IMG/VR virus record: IMGVR_UViG_2548877011_000005
DNA from: a virus
Taxonomy: Duplodnaviria > Heunggongvirae > Uroviricota > Caudoviricetes
Reading direction: 5' to 3' (one strand)
Length of the DNA stretch: 12,480 bases
Below the pieces are notes generated by a model, which had not been told where the DNA came from, did no database searches, and saw only the letters and a list, made by a program, of their open reading frames with translations. The position numbers and the translations under genes are program-made. Shown here piece after piece: positions 1 through 7,167 of the stretch (its first letter is position 1; the number at the start of each line of letters is the position of its first letter).

Positions 1-1745
1 ACGCCAATCCGGCTGGTTGCCTCCTTCGTGAAGACAAACTCACCACGGTGAACAATCCCCGCTGGCTCATATTTGCCGCCGGTTCCCGTAAATCCTCCGG
101 TTGCAAAATGGAATTTCGCCGCAGCGGCCTGAATGGCTGCCAGCAGGGATTTCTCCTGTGCAGACAGCTGGCGACGTTGCGCCGCCTCCTCCAGTACCGC
201 GAACTGACTCTCCGCCTTCCACAAATCCCGGCGCTGCTGGCTGATTTTCTCATTCGCTCCGCTGTGCTTCTCCAGCGTCCGGAGCTCGGTTTCAAGCGCC
301 AGCAGGGCAGCATGCGCCTGGTCTTCCTGACGCTCACCGGCTGACACTTTGACTCCTGACGACTTCGGCTTTTTCAGCGTCGATTCATAATCCTTTTTCG
401 CCGCCGCCATCAGCGTGTTGTAATCCGCCTGCAGGATTTTCCCGTCTTTCAGGGCCTTATTCAGCTCTTCCTGCCGGTTAGTATATTTCTCCAGCGGCGT
501 CAGCAGACGCTCATACGCCTTCTGCGCCTCTCCGGTATACTTCAGCCGTGATGCGTCCCGTTCGGCCCGGTCCCTGGTAGCCAGTTCACCGGCTTTTTCC
601 ATATCTGACTGCAGCGTGGCCGCTGCCAGCCCCAGACGGGCATTTTCCCGGTCATCCCATGCGCCCTGCAGGTTGGCACGGAAAGAGGAGGTCTTTCCCC
701 GGCGCTGGCTCCGGCTCTGGTACCACTGCCATTTTTTATCCGCCTCATCGAATGCCTTCTGCGCACTGGCAAGCATATCCGCTGAGGATTCCGGACGACC
801 AATATCCAGAATGGCATCCCACATCGATTTGAACGCCTTCCCTGTTTTATCCGCCCAGGTCTCCAGCGTCCCCATGTTTTCTTTCAGGCGACGGGTCTGC
901 TCATCAAAGCCTTTCGTGGCGATATCGTTCGCCGCCTGTAAGGCCCCGGCCTCATCACCGGAACGCTGCAGCTGCGCAACAAACGCAATCTGCTCTGCCG
1001 TCACGTTACGGAACTGGCGCGCCATCGCAATCAGCCCCGACGTAGGGTCGGTGGTCAGTTTTCCGAAAGCCTCTGCAACCTTGTCCACCTCCACACCGGA
1101 TGCAGAAGCAAAACGCGCGACACTCTGGTTGATGGCATCAAACTGTTCACCACCACGCACACCGGCATTCACCAGGGCTGCCAGTGACTCACTCGCCTGG
1201 TTAAACGTCAGCCCTGCGGCCTGTCCGGCTCTGGAGAGCGTCAGCATGCGATCGGCAGTCAGTCCGGACTGATTACCGGAAAGAACCAGGGTTTTATTAA
1301 ACGCTGAAAGCGTGGAATCCCCCCGGTACCAGGCGTACGCCAGCGCACCTGTCGCCACCGCCAGCGAGGTGACCCCGACCATCGGCAGGGTGATCGCACC
1401 GGCAAGCCCCCTGAACATGGGGATCATCCCGCCGAAGGAGTCCTTCACCTGACCGCCCTGTTGCAGCAGGATCAGCCAGGGATTCTGACCACCGGCAAGC
1501 TGCGTGGCGATATCCGTAAACTGTGCGGGCAGGGTTCGCATGGCCGCTTTATACTGCCCGACGGAAATCCCGGCTTTTTGTGCAGCCAGCGCCTGGCGGC
1601 TCAGGCCCTGTTCAACAGCACTGGCGGTTTTTCTGGCGTCAGTCTCCAGTCCGGAAAAATGACGCCTTACCCGGCTCATCTGCTCATCGAAACGGACCGC
1701 ATCCAGACTCAGGTCAACGACCAGATCGCCTACCGGTTCAGCCAT
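1..1745 (-). CDS. H: Tail tape measure protein gpH, N-terminal 581 codons only; 3' end lies beyond the window start
   Basis: ATG at 1745-1743 (minus) overlaps the T stop at 1738-1740, as in the lambda T/H junction. The minus-strand frame stays open to position 1, which is why no complete ORF appears in the track. Translation begins MAEPVGDLVVDLSLDAVRFDEQMSR... and a checked stretch (1461-1550, reverse complement) gives AAMRTLPAQFTDIATQLAGGQNPWLILLQQ, matching lambda gpH as I recall it. Confidence 0.9.
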   Translation of the reverse strand, partial: MAEPVGDLVVDLSLDAVRFDEQMSRVRRHFSGLETDARKTASAVEQGLSRQALAAQKAGISVGQYKAAMRTLPAQFTDIATQLAGGQNPWLILLQQGGQVKDSFGGMIPMFRGLAGAITLPMVGVTSLAVATGALAYAWYRGDSTLSAFNKTLVLSGNQSGLTADRMLTLSRAGQAAGLTFNQASESLAALVNAGVRGGEQFDAINQSVARFASASGVEVDKVAEAFGKLTTDPTSGLIAMARQFRNVTAEQIAFVAQLQRSGDEAGALQAANDIATKGFDEQTRRLKENMGTLETWADKTGKAFKSMWDAILDIGRPESSADMLASAQKAFDEADKKWQWYQSRSQRRGKTSSFRANLQGAWDDRENARLGLAAATLQSDMEKAGELATRDRAERDASRLKYTGEAQKAYERLLTPLEKYTNRQEELNKALKDGKILQADYNTLMAAAKKDYESTLKKPKSSGVKVSAGERQEDQAHAALLALETELRTLEKHSGANEKISQQRRDLWKAESQFAVLEEAAQRRQLSAQEKSLLAAIQAAAAKFHFATGGFTGTGGKYEPAGIVHRGEFVFTKEATSRIG

Positions 1746-2576
1746 ACCGGACTCCTCCTGCGATCCCTTCTGATACTGTCATCAGCATTACGTCATCCTC
1801 CGTCATGTCCGCCACATCCGGGGAAGCGGGGATAACTTCATTCCCGTCCGGGCCAAAGCGGACACCTCCGGCAAGCCCTGCCGCTTTCTGCATCAGCACA
1901 TCATCTTCAGGCTCTTCGTCAGCCTCGCGCCGGTTAAGCAGACTGAAATCCAGCGGATGCATATCCGGATCGCTGAAAAACAGGCTGAGCACGGTGTACG
2001 TCAGCCCGGAAAAGTGCATATCCAGCAGAACATCATGAAAATAATGGGTACTGTAAAAGCGGTGCCAGTCGGCATACTCCGTGGATGACATCCCGGCAAG
2101 CATGGCACGCCAGTCGGGTCGCCCCATCTCACGCGCCAGTTTCAGGGCAAAACTCAGCTCACCGTCGAACACTTTCCCGCAGAAACAGGCTCTGCAGGCC
2201 CGGCGTCCTCTGTCTGTTCAGGGGCATTATTCACCACAAACTCATACATACCGGACAGCCGGTACACCACGTTTTCAGCATGAGAAATTGCCTCCGTGGG
2301 CCAGGTGGTAAGCACTTCCTGCTCAATTTGTTTAACGGCTTCATTCATGGACGGCATCTGCGTCTTCTGCGGATGGTTATGCCACAGGGACATCGCCACC
2401 AGAAACGCGCCGGTTCTGATGGCGTCTTCCACAGTAAACTTCCGATTGCTGTCTGACTCCGCCTGTTCTGCCTGCCGTTTCATCAGGGCGAGATGCTCAA
2501 TACGCTGCAGGGCTGACAGTTCAGAAAGCGTGACGGTCACACCGTTATGTTCAAATGATTCGGTTTTCAGGAACAT
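1738..2576 (-). CDS. T: Tail assembly chaperone fusion gpG-T, made by programmed -1 frameshift at the slippery heptamer 2172-2178; the T part (1738-2172) has no start of its own
   Basis: Track ORF 1738..2172 (MFDGELSFALKLAREMGRPDW...) lies in the -1 frame relative to G and overlaps its 3' end. The heptamer G GGA AAG sits in G's zero frame exactly at the overlap. The arrangement matches the lambda G/GT frameshift. Confidence 0.8.
2154..2576 (-). CDS. G: Tail assembly chaperone gpG (140 aa)
   Basis: Track ORF with ATG at 2576-2574; GGAGAG Shine-Dalgarno upstream; lies after the V stop (2592-2594). Translation MFLKTESFEHNGVTVTLSELSALQRIEHLALMKRQ... matches lambda gpG from memory. Confidence 0.93.
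   Translation of the reverse strand: MFLKTESFEHNGVTVTLSELSALQRIEHLALMKRQAEQAESDSNRKFTVEDAIRTGAFLVAMSLWHNHPQKTQMPSMNEAVKQIEQEVLTTWPTEAISHAENVVYRLSGMYEFVVNNAPEQTEDAGPAEPVSAGKCSTVS
2172..2178 (-). other. Programmed -1 ribosomal frameshift slippery site GGGAAAG (X XXY YYZ)
   Basis: Plus-strand ctttccc at 2172-2178 is GGGAAAG on the minus strand. In the G frame the codons are GGA (2177-2175) and AAG (2174-2172); a -1 slip gives GGG AAA GTG TTC GAC, i.e. ...K V F D G E L S F, which is the start of the T ORF. Confidence 0.8.
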
Positions 2577-2591
2577 CTCTGACTCTCCGGA

Positions 2592-3332
2592 TTAACTGGC
2601 GGTGACGGTGATTTCTGCAACCGCAGCAAACTCACCATTACCGGATACGACCGGAATGTTGACCTTACCTGCAGCAACGCCATTCACGGTGATGGTCATA
2701 CCACTGACCGACACGGTGGCTTTTGTTTTATCCGCTGACACCGCACGGAAGCTCTTGTCGGTTGCGCCTTCCGGCTGGAAGGCCACGGTCAGCGTGGTGC
2801 TCTTCCCTTTCACTACGGAAGCGCTGGCTGGCGTCACGGTCATGCCGGTTGCCGCTGTTACCGTGCTGCGATCTTCTGCCATCGACGGACGTCCCACATT
2901 GGTGACTTTCACCGTGCGGGTGATCACTTCCTTCGCCGTCACCGCCTTACCGATACTGCTGACCCAGCCACGGAACACATCGACCGTGCCGTTCGGGAAG
3001 CGGATTTTATAGGCACGGGTATCGCCTTCATTAAACCACGCCAGCAGCGCCTGCTGCCCCTGCTCTCCGGGCATCCACGCCAGCGTGAAGCTGGTATCTC
3101 CGGCAGATTTCTGCCCCTGCCCGGTCGCGGTCCAGTCTGCATCTTCATCATCGAGATAGCTGTCGTCATAGGACTCAGCGGTCATCTCGCCCGGCGTCAG
3201 ATCCTTCACCTTAGCCAGTCGCTGCCAGTCATCGTCTGACAACGGGTTTGCATAAGCATCACCCTTGCCGTTGTAAACCCACAGAGTGGTACCGGCACCT
3301 TTTACCGGCTCAAGGGGATTTGGTGTTGCCAT
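2592..3332 (-). CDS. V: Major tail tube protein gpV (246 aa) with C-terminal Ig-like (Big_2) domain
   Basis: ATG at 3332-3330 preceded by GAGGA. Translation [36 protein letters not shown]... matches lambda gpV; the C-terminal ~90 aa ([20 protein letters not shown]...AEITVTAS) has the Big_2-type Ig-like pattern. Confidence 0.95.
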   Translation of the reverse strand: MATPNPLEPVKGAGTTLWVYNGKGDAYANPLSDDDWQRLAKVKDLTPGEMTAESYDDSYLDDEDADWTATGQGQKSAGDTSFTLAWMPGEQGQQALLAWFNEGDTRAYKIRFPNGTVDVFRGWVSSIGKAVTAKEVITRTVKVTNVGRPSMAEDRSTVTAATGMTVTPASASVVKGKSTTLTVAFQPEGATDKSFRAVSADKTKATVSVSGMTITVNGVAAGKVNIPVVSGNGEFAAVAEITVTAS

Positions 3333-3339
3333 ATCGTCC

Positions 3340-3735
3340 TCACATCTCGTATGTAATGGAATAAGTCAGATCTGCAGAACTCCACAATGCCATATCGTCA
3401 TCACGACGATAGTCATAGCCCTGCGTAACCATCGTGGTAATCAGTCCTACCAGTGCCGGGATCGCGGTCATCGCCGGATAAATCCGGCTTTCCATCCACG
3501 AATCCAGCTCTGAATCCGGTACCTGTGCCGGTAAAAACACCTCAATATGCAGTGTGGCCCGCCAGGTATCTGCATCCAGCTCTTCACCGGTATACTCTGC
3601 ATCCGTCAGATAAACCGCGATCGCAGGAAAATCCTCTTCGTCAAAAACAACGGGGCGACCATCAAACAGCGTCGCCCCGTGTTCATGCTGCTCGAGTGCA
3701 TCCAGCACTGCCGCACGGATATCAGTATGTTTCAT
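3340..3735 (-). CDS. U: Tail terminator protein gpU (131 aa)
   Basis: ATG at 3735-3733 overlaps the Z stop (3734-3732) as ATGA. Translation [36 protein letters not shown]...[10 protein letters not shown] matches lambda gpU. Confidence 0.93.
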   Translation of the reverse strand: MKHTDIRAAVLDALEQHEHGATLFDGRPVVFDEEDFPAIAVYLTDAEYTGEELDADTWRATLHIEVFLPAQVPDSELDSWMESRIYPAMTAIPALVGLITTMVTQGYDYRRDDDMALWSSADLTYSITYEM

Positions 3736-4307
3736 CGTTTTATCGCAATCCTCAGCTGTTGTTTCAGCGCGTATGCCAGTTCTCCGGGCAGACGTTCACG
3801 CCGGATACGGTCAACGTTTTCATCAAACGCCTGTTTCAGTGGGGCCGCCATCGGGATTTTCACCACCTGAATAGGAAGGCGATTACGCTTTTTCCTGCCC
3901 TTGTCGTCATTGCCCTTCTCATATCTGGCCTGGGGAAGACGTTGCATAACATGCCAGCGCCCATTATTTAATCGCTGGATAAATGCCCGCTGATAACGAT
4001 GCTGACCGGCTTTGAGTATGCTGTTCGGACGACGCCTCAGCATTCTGATCCCCAGCTTAATCACAGGAAGATCACCGCGGTTAACGATAATTTTTGCATT
4101 CGGATTTCTGACCGTGGCCCGTTTCAGTCTGGACCGTTCCTTAACCAGTTTCCGTCTCACCCTGGTTTCCCGGGCAACCTGTGATGAAGACTGATTAATC
4201 GCCGTTGTGGCCACGCGGTTAATGGTCATTGCAGAAGCCGCCGGAATGGCGTTTTTACGAACCCGGCTCAGATTATCAATCGCCTGCTCAAGCCCTTTTA
4301 TCGCCAT
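3732..4307 (-). CDS. Z: Tail completion protein gpZ (191 aa)
   Basis: ATG at 4307-4305. Translation MAIKGLEQAIDNLSRVRKNAIPAASAMTINRVA... is lambda gpZ-like, and the gene sits between FII and U as in lambda. Confidence 0.9.
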   Translation of the reverse strand: MAIKGLEQAIDNLSRVRKNAIPAASAMTINRVATTAINQSSSQVARETRVRRKLVKERSRLKRATVRNPNAKIIVNRGDLPVIKLGIRMLRRRPNSILKAGQHRYQRAFIQRLNNGRWHVMQRLPQARYEKGNDDKGRKKRNRLPIQVVKIPMAAPLKQAFDENVDRIRRERLPGELAYALKQQLRIAIKR

Positions 4308-4322
4308 AATTTCACCCTGCGT

Positions 4323-4676
4323 TTATCGTCGCCGGTTAACGGCGGGTGGTTGCCCACGGTTGAGCCAGAGATAACAGCTGCCCCCGTCATCCGGAGAAAC
4401 ACGATCCACCCAGAACGTCTCACCATTAATGGTCAGCGTGTCACCACGCCGCACAGCACGAACCGTATCCGTCCGCACAAATAATGACGGGCTGCTTCCT
4501 TCAATACGGACCCCGCTACCGGCAAATCCCAGCGACTCCGGATCGTCAAAAACCCCCTGAACTTCTCCGCCACACTGTGCCCCCGAGGTGAACTGTGCAC
4601 AGAGCCCCATCACTTCAACAATCGTACTGTCCAGCCCGGCAAGGGCAGCATCAAAGGCATTCTGAAAATCACGCAT
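4323..4676 (-). CDS. FII: Head-tail joining protein gpFII (117 aa from the ATG at 4676)
   Basis: Track ORF 4323..4712 trimmed to the ATG at 4676-4674, giving MRDFQNAFDAALAG..., which aligns with the lambda FII N-terminus and abuts the FI stop (4669-4671). The C-terminus ...VDRVSPDDGGSCYLWLNRGQPPAVNRRR is lambda FII-like. Confidence 0.85.
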   Translation of the reverse strand: MRDFQNAFDAALAGLDSTIVEVMGLCAQFTSGAQCGGEVQGVFDDPESLGFAGSGVRIEGSSPSLFVRTDTVRAVRRGDTLTINGETFWVDRVSPDDGGSCYLWLNRGQPPAVNRRR

Positions 4677-5043
4677 AAACAGCCATTCCGCCATCAACGT
4701 GTGTTTTTGCATCTGAGGACATAATCAGAATCACCCGACCAACATCCGCAAGCTCAACGGATTCCCCTGTTTCACCATCAATGCCACAGAGATGGAGGCA
4801 GGTCAGAACTCTGATGCGCGTTAACGCACCGGATGTATCCTCACGAACATCATGAGCCGCGGTTTCCCGCTCCCGGATCACCGTATCCCCAACCTGAACA
4901 TCCTCGCCGGATGACTGTATTTCCTCTTCCCATTCCGCCACCCGCTGCGCTATCTCTGCGGCACTCCCGGATATATCCGGCTCACGCCCCAGAATCAGGG
5001 CCAGTTCATCAAGCCGTTTCAGATTTTGCTCTTTCGTTGCCAT
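4669..5043 (-). CDS. FI: Head DNA-packaging/stabilisation protein gpFI-like (124 aa from the ATG at 5043)
   Basis: Track ORF 4669..5091 trimmed to the ATG at 5043-5041 (MATKEQNLKRLDELALILGRE...), preceded by a G-rich Shine-Dalgarno (CAGGGGGCTGAT ATG). The longer reading would run through the hairpin after E. Position and acidic composition fit lambda FI. Confidence 0.72.
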   Translation of the reverse strand: MATKEQNLKRLDELALILGREPDISGSAAEIAQRVAEWEEEIQSSGEDVQVGDTVIRERETAAHDVREDTSGALTRIRVLTCLHLCGIDGETGESVELADVGRVILIMSSDAKTHVDGGMAVYA

Positions 5044-5057
5044 ATCAGCCCCCTGTG

Positions 5058-5086
5058 AAAAAAGACACGGGGGCATTTCGCCCCCG
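5058..5086 (-). terminator. Candidate intrinsic terminator or attenuating stem-loop after E: 7-bp GC stem (CGGGGGC/GCCCCCG), 5-nt loop, then UGUC and U6
   Basis: Minus-strand reading of 5086-5055 is CGGGGGCGAAATGCCCCCGTGTCTTTTTTCAC, lying between the E stop (5095-5097) and the FI start (5043). The U-tract is 4 nt from the stem, so this is not a textbook terminator. Confidence 0.35.
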
Positions 5087-5094
5087 CTCACGGA

Positions 5095-6123
5095 TTATTT
5101 CACCTGTACCACCACAAACTCATCCGGGTCCGGCAACACCATCAGCGGCGCGGACTGCGTCATGGTAAATTCACGGGCGGGATCCCCCACCGTCAGCCAG
5201 TGTTTCGGATAACGGGAAGAGGCCACCACACCTTCGGACAACGCCTGCGCATCCTGAATGGCACCGTAACAACGGATCCCATCTGCAGCAGTATTCCCCA
5301 AAACCAGCATGCCCTCCGGCAGATAACGTTTTTCGATACCGTCTTCTGCTATATAAGACGTTTTCGCCACCACAATGGCCAGATCGCCGTAATACCCCTT
5401 GAAGGACACCACTGCGCCCAGATCTTTCACTGCCGTTTCGAGTTGAGAATTTGAACCGCGACGGGTATCCAGTTTTTCGCGGAACAGCTTAAAACCATTC
5501 AGAAGACGCCAGACGGTACCGTCCATAATGGCAATATTCACAAGACCGCTGGCCTGGTCGCAGTAGAGGTCAAGATCATGTGTAGGATCGAACGTGTCAC
5601 GATCCTGTTTTGACCACTCCTTACCACTACCCTGAGTGATGTTATTCTTCGTCGACCTGCCAAAATCGACCTCAATTTTCTCGAACTGGTCTCCTTCCAT
5701 CGTATATTTGCCATACAACACAGCATTTACCGCCTGTATTTCTTCCACCTGGACAATCGCGTGCTCTTCCTGTTTGAGGTTATCGGTAATGATACGCAGA
5801 CGGCGGTAAGCCGGATCGTTCAGTTGAGCCGGATCTTCACCAGGAAGGCGCTCAACCGCCTGCTGGTAATTAAATTCGTGTTTCGGCTTGACGTAGCCCG
5901 GACGTAACACGCGGGTTTCACCACCACGATGACGCAGCACTTTTCCTTCAACAACCGGGGAGACATAGGCCGCCACCGGCGTTTTTCCGGTAATTTTGTC
6001 CAGCATCACCTCTTCGGTATGGAAATTCACCGTACGGCGGAAAAACAGCTCCAGAAACAGCGCACGAAATTTCACTTTTTGTTCGGTATAACCGAGTAAC
6101 TGGCGGGTCGTAAACAATCCCAT
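5095..6123 (-). CDS. E: Major capsid protein gpE (342 aa)
   Basis: ATG at 6123-6121 with AAAGGAA upstream. Translation MGLFTTRQLLGYTEQKVKFRALFLELFF...REFTMTQSAPLMVLPDPDEFVVVQVK resembles lambda gpE throughout, though clearly diverged. Confidence 0.95.
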   Translation of the reverse strand: MGLFTTRQLLGYTEQKVKFRALFLELFFRRTVNFHTEEVMLDKITGKTPVAAYVSPVVEGKVLRHRGGETRVLRPGYVKPKHEFNYQQAVERLPGEDPAQLNDPAYRRLRIITDNLKQEEHAIVQVEEIQAVNAVLYGKYTMEGDQFEKIEVDFGRSTKNNITQGSGKEWSKQDRDTFDPTHDLDLYCDQASGLVNIAIMDGTVWRLLNGFKLFREKLDTRRGSNSQLETAVKDLGAVVSFKGYYGDLAIVVAKTSYIAEDGIEKRYLPEGMLVLGNTAADGIRCYGAIQDAQALSEGVVASSRYPKHWLTVGDPAREFTMTQSAPLMVLPDPDEFVVVQVK

Positions 6124-6151
6124 AAATCAGTTCCTTTCATTCAGAAATCAG

Positions 6152-6173
6152 TCAGGCCACCGCGGTGGCCTGA
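6152..6173. repeat. Perfect 22-bp palindrome TCAGGCCACCGCGGTGGCCTGA in the D-E intergenic region; function unknown
   Basis: Read directly: 6152-6162 tcaggccaccg is the reverse complement of 6163-6173 cggtggcctga. It lies between the D stop (6181-6183) and the E start (6123); no adjacent U-run. Confidence 0.9.
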
Positions 6174-6180
6174 TAACGTG

Positions 6181-6528
6181 TTACGGCAGCGCCGCGTGAC
6201 TCAGGGCACTGCCGGCAAAGGCATTTGCCTTTTTGTGTTCATCCACACTTTCAGGCCAGCGGATTGCCTCCGTCGCAAAGGTCCCCGACTTGTAATAGGT
6301 CAGTACCGTCTCTGTGCCTTCAAGCGGCAGTACCAGTATGCCAACTGCACTACCGGCTTTCTGTCCGTCCCAGACCACCAGTTTCCCGCTGGCTTCATCC
6401 AGCATCAGGGGCGTCAGTGCCGGTGTTGCCGAGGAAATCCCGCTGCTGCCTGTGGCGGTATGAGCCGGATCATTACCGGCAAAAATACGTACTTCCGCAC
6501 GCTGTTCAGTGATGGTTTTCGTTACCAT
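6181..6528 (-). CDS. D: Head decoration protein gpD (115 aa)
   Basis: ATG at 6528-6526 with AGGAGG upstream (plus cctcct 6541-6546). Translation contains DPAHTATGSSG...TPLMLDEASGKLVVWDG...YYKSGTF...KANAFAG, matching lambda gpD motifs. Confidence 0.93.
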   Translation of the reverse strand: MVTKTITEQRAEVRIFAGNDPAHTATGSSGISSATPALTPLMLDEASGKLVVWDGQKAGSAVGILVLPLEGTETVLTYYKSGTFATEAIRWPESVDEHKKANAFAGSALSHAALP

Positions 6529-6564
6529 ATTGTAAAAACCTCCTGTTGATGGTCAGCACTGACT

Positions 6565-7167
6565 TCATGGCATAGCCATGAGCATTTTCACGTCCGCATC
6601 ACCGTCTGCTGACGTCTGTGGCACGCCACCCTGTACCGCTGCCGGTGAATGGTTCGCCATGATGCGTTCAAACAGGGCGGTTGTGGATGCAGAGACCGGT
6701 TCTGCCTTACCTGATCCCGCAGCCAGCACAGCCCGGGCGCTCTCCACAGTCATTCCCGGGCAGGCAGCCAGCTGTTCAGCCTGCGCCTCAGCCCCTTTTG
6801 CCTCATCCAGTGCCATGATCTGATCACGGAGTGAGGGTCCGGCATCCGCCTGCGGTGAAGCAGCCAGGATCGGGCGGGCTTTTTCCACCGTCATCTCCGG
6901 CATCGCCGCCAGCGTTGCCGCCAGTTGTTCACGACCGTTCGCTTCTTCACACGCCATAATGCGATCGGCTTCACTCTGCGTGGATGCCACCGGCTGCTGC
7001 GGTGCCGCCGCGGCCAGAATCGCCCGGGCCTGTTCAACGCTCATGCCCTGTTGTCCTGCCAGCATCGTGGCAAGCTGTTCACGTCCTTTCGCTTCCTGGC
7101 ATGTCAGGATCCCCATCACTCGCTGGTTCTCCTGCGCGGCGGCTTCCGTTGCAGTTAATTGCGGCAT
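6565..7167 (-). CDS. Nu3: Nested in-frame scaffolding protein (Nu3-like, 200 aa) from an internal start inside C
   Basis: In-frame ATG at 7167-7165 (Met302 of C) preceded by a strong Shine-Dalgarno, minus-strand CAGAGGAGGCACT ATG (plus cctcct 7172-7177). Lambda has the same arrangement: Nu3 shares frame and stop with the 3' part of C. Confidence 0.6.
   Translation of the reverse strand: MPQLTATEAAAQENQRVMGILTCQEAKGREQLATMLAGQQGMSVEQARAILAAAAPQQPVASTQSEADRIMACEEANGREQLAATLAAMPEMTVEKARPILAASPQADAGPSLRDQIMALDEAKGAEAQAEQLAACPGMTVESARAVLAAGSGKAEPVSASTTALFERIMANHSPAAVQGGVPQTSADGDADVKMLMAMP

Noticed and set aside
616-1272. 218-aa plus-strand ORF, and similar plus-strand ORFs at 48-344, 1461-1835 and 1523-2038
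   Set aside because: They lie entirely antisense to the well-supported tape-measure gene H, have low-complexity Ala/Ser/Arg-rich translations typical of GC-rich shadow frames, and have no Shine-Dalgarno or intergenic context.
1738-2172. T as an independent gene initiating at GTG 2172
   Set aside because: No Shine-Dalgarno, and the GTG lies inside the slippery-site context; the conserved G-T frameshift explains the ORF better.
2602-3012. 136-aa plus-strand ORF
   Set aside because: Antisense to the major tail gene V.
5044-5091. Longer N-terminus for FI (start at 5091), and likewise for FII (start at 4712)
   Set aside because: The extensions run through the E-FI hairpin and the FI coding end respectively. 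The internal ATGs at 5043 and 4676 align with the lambda FI and FII N-termini and abut the upstream stops.
6709-7122. Repeat array that might be taken for a CRISPR or other non-coding tandem repeat
   Set aside because: The repeats are diverged, lie in-frame within a protein-coding gene, and have no spacer/repeat regularity; they are a protein-level tandem duplication.
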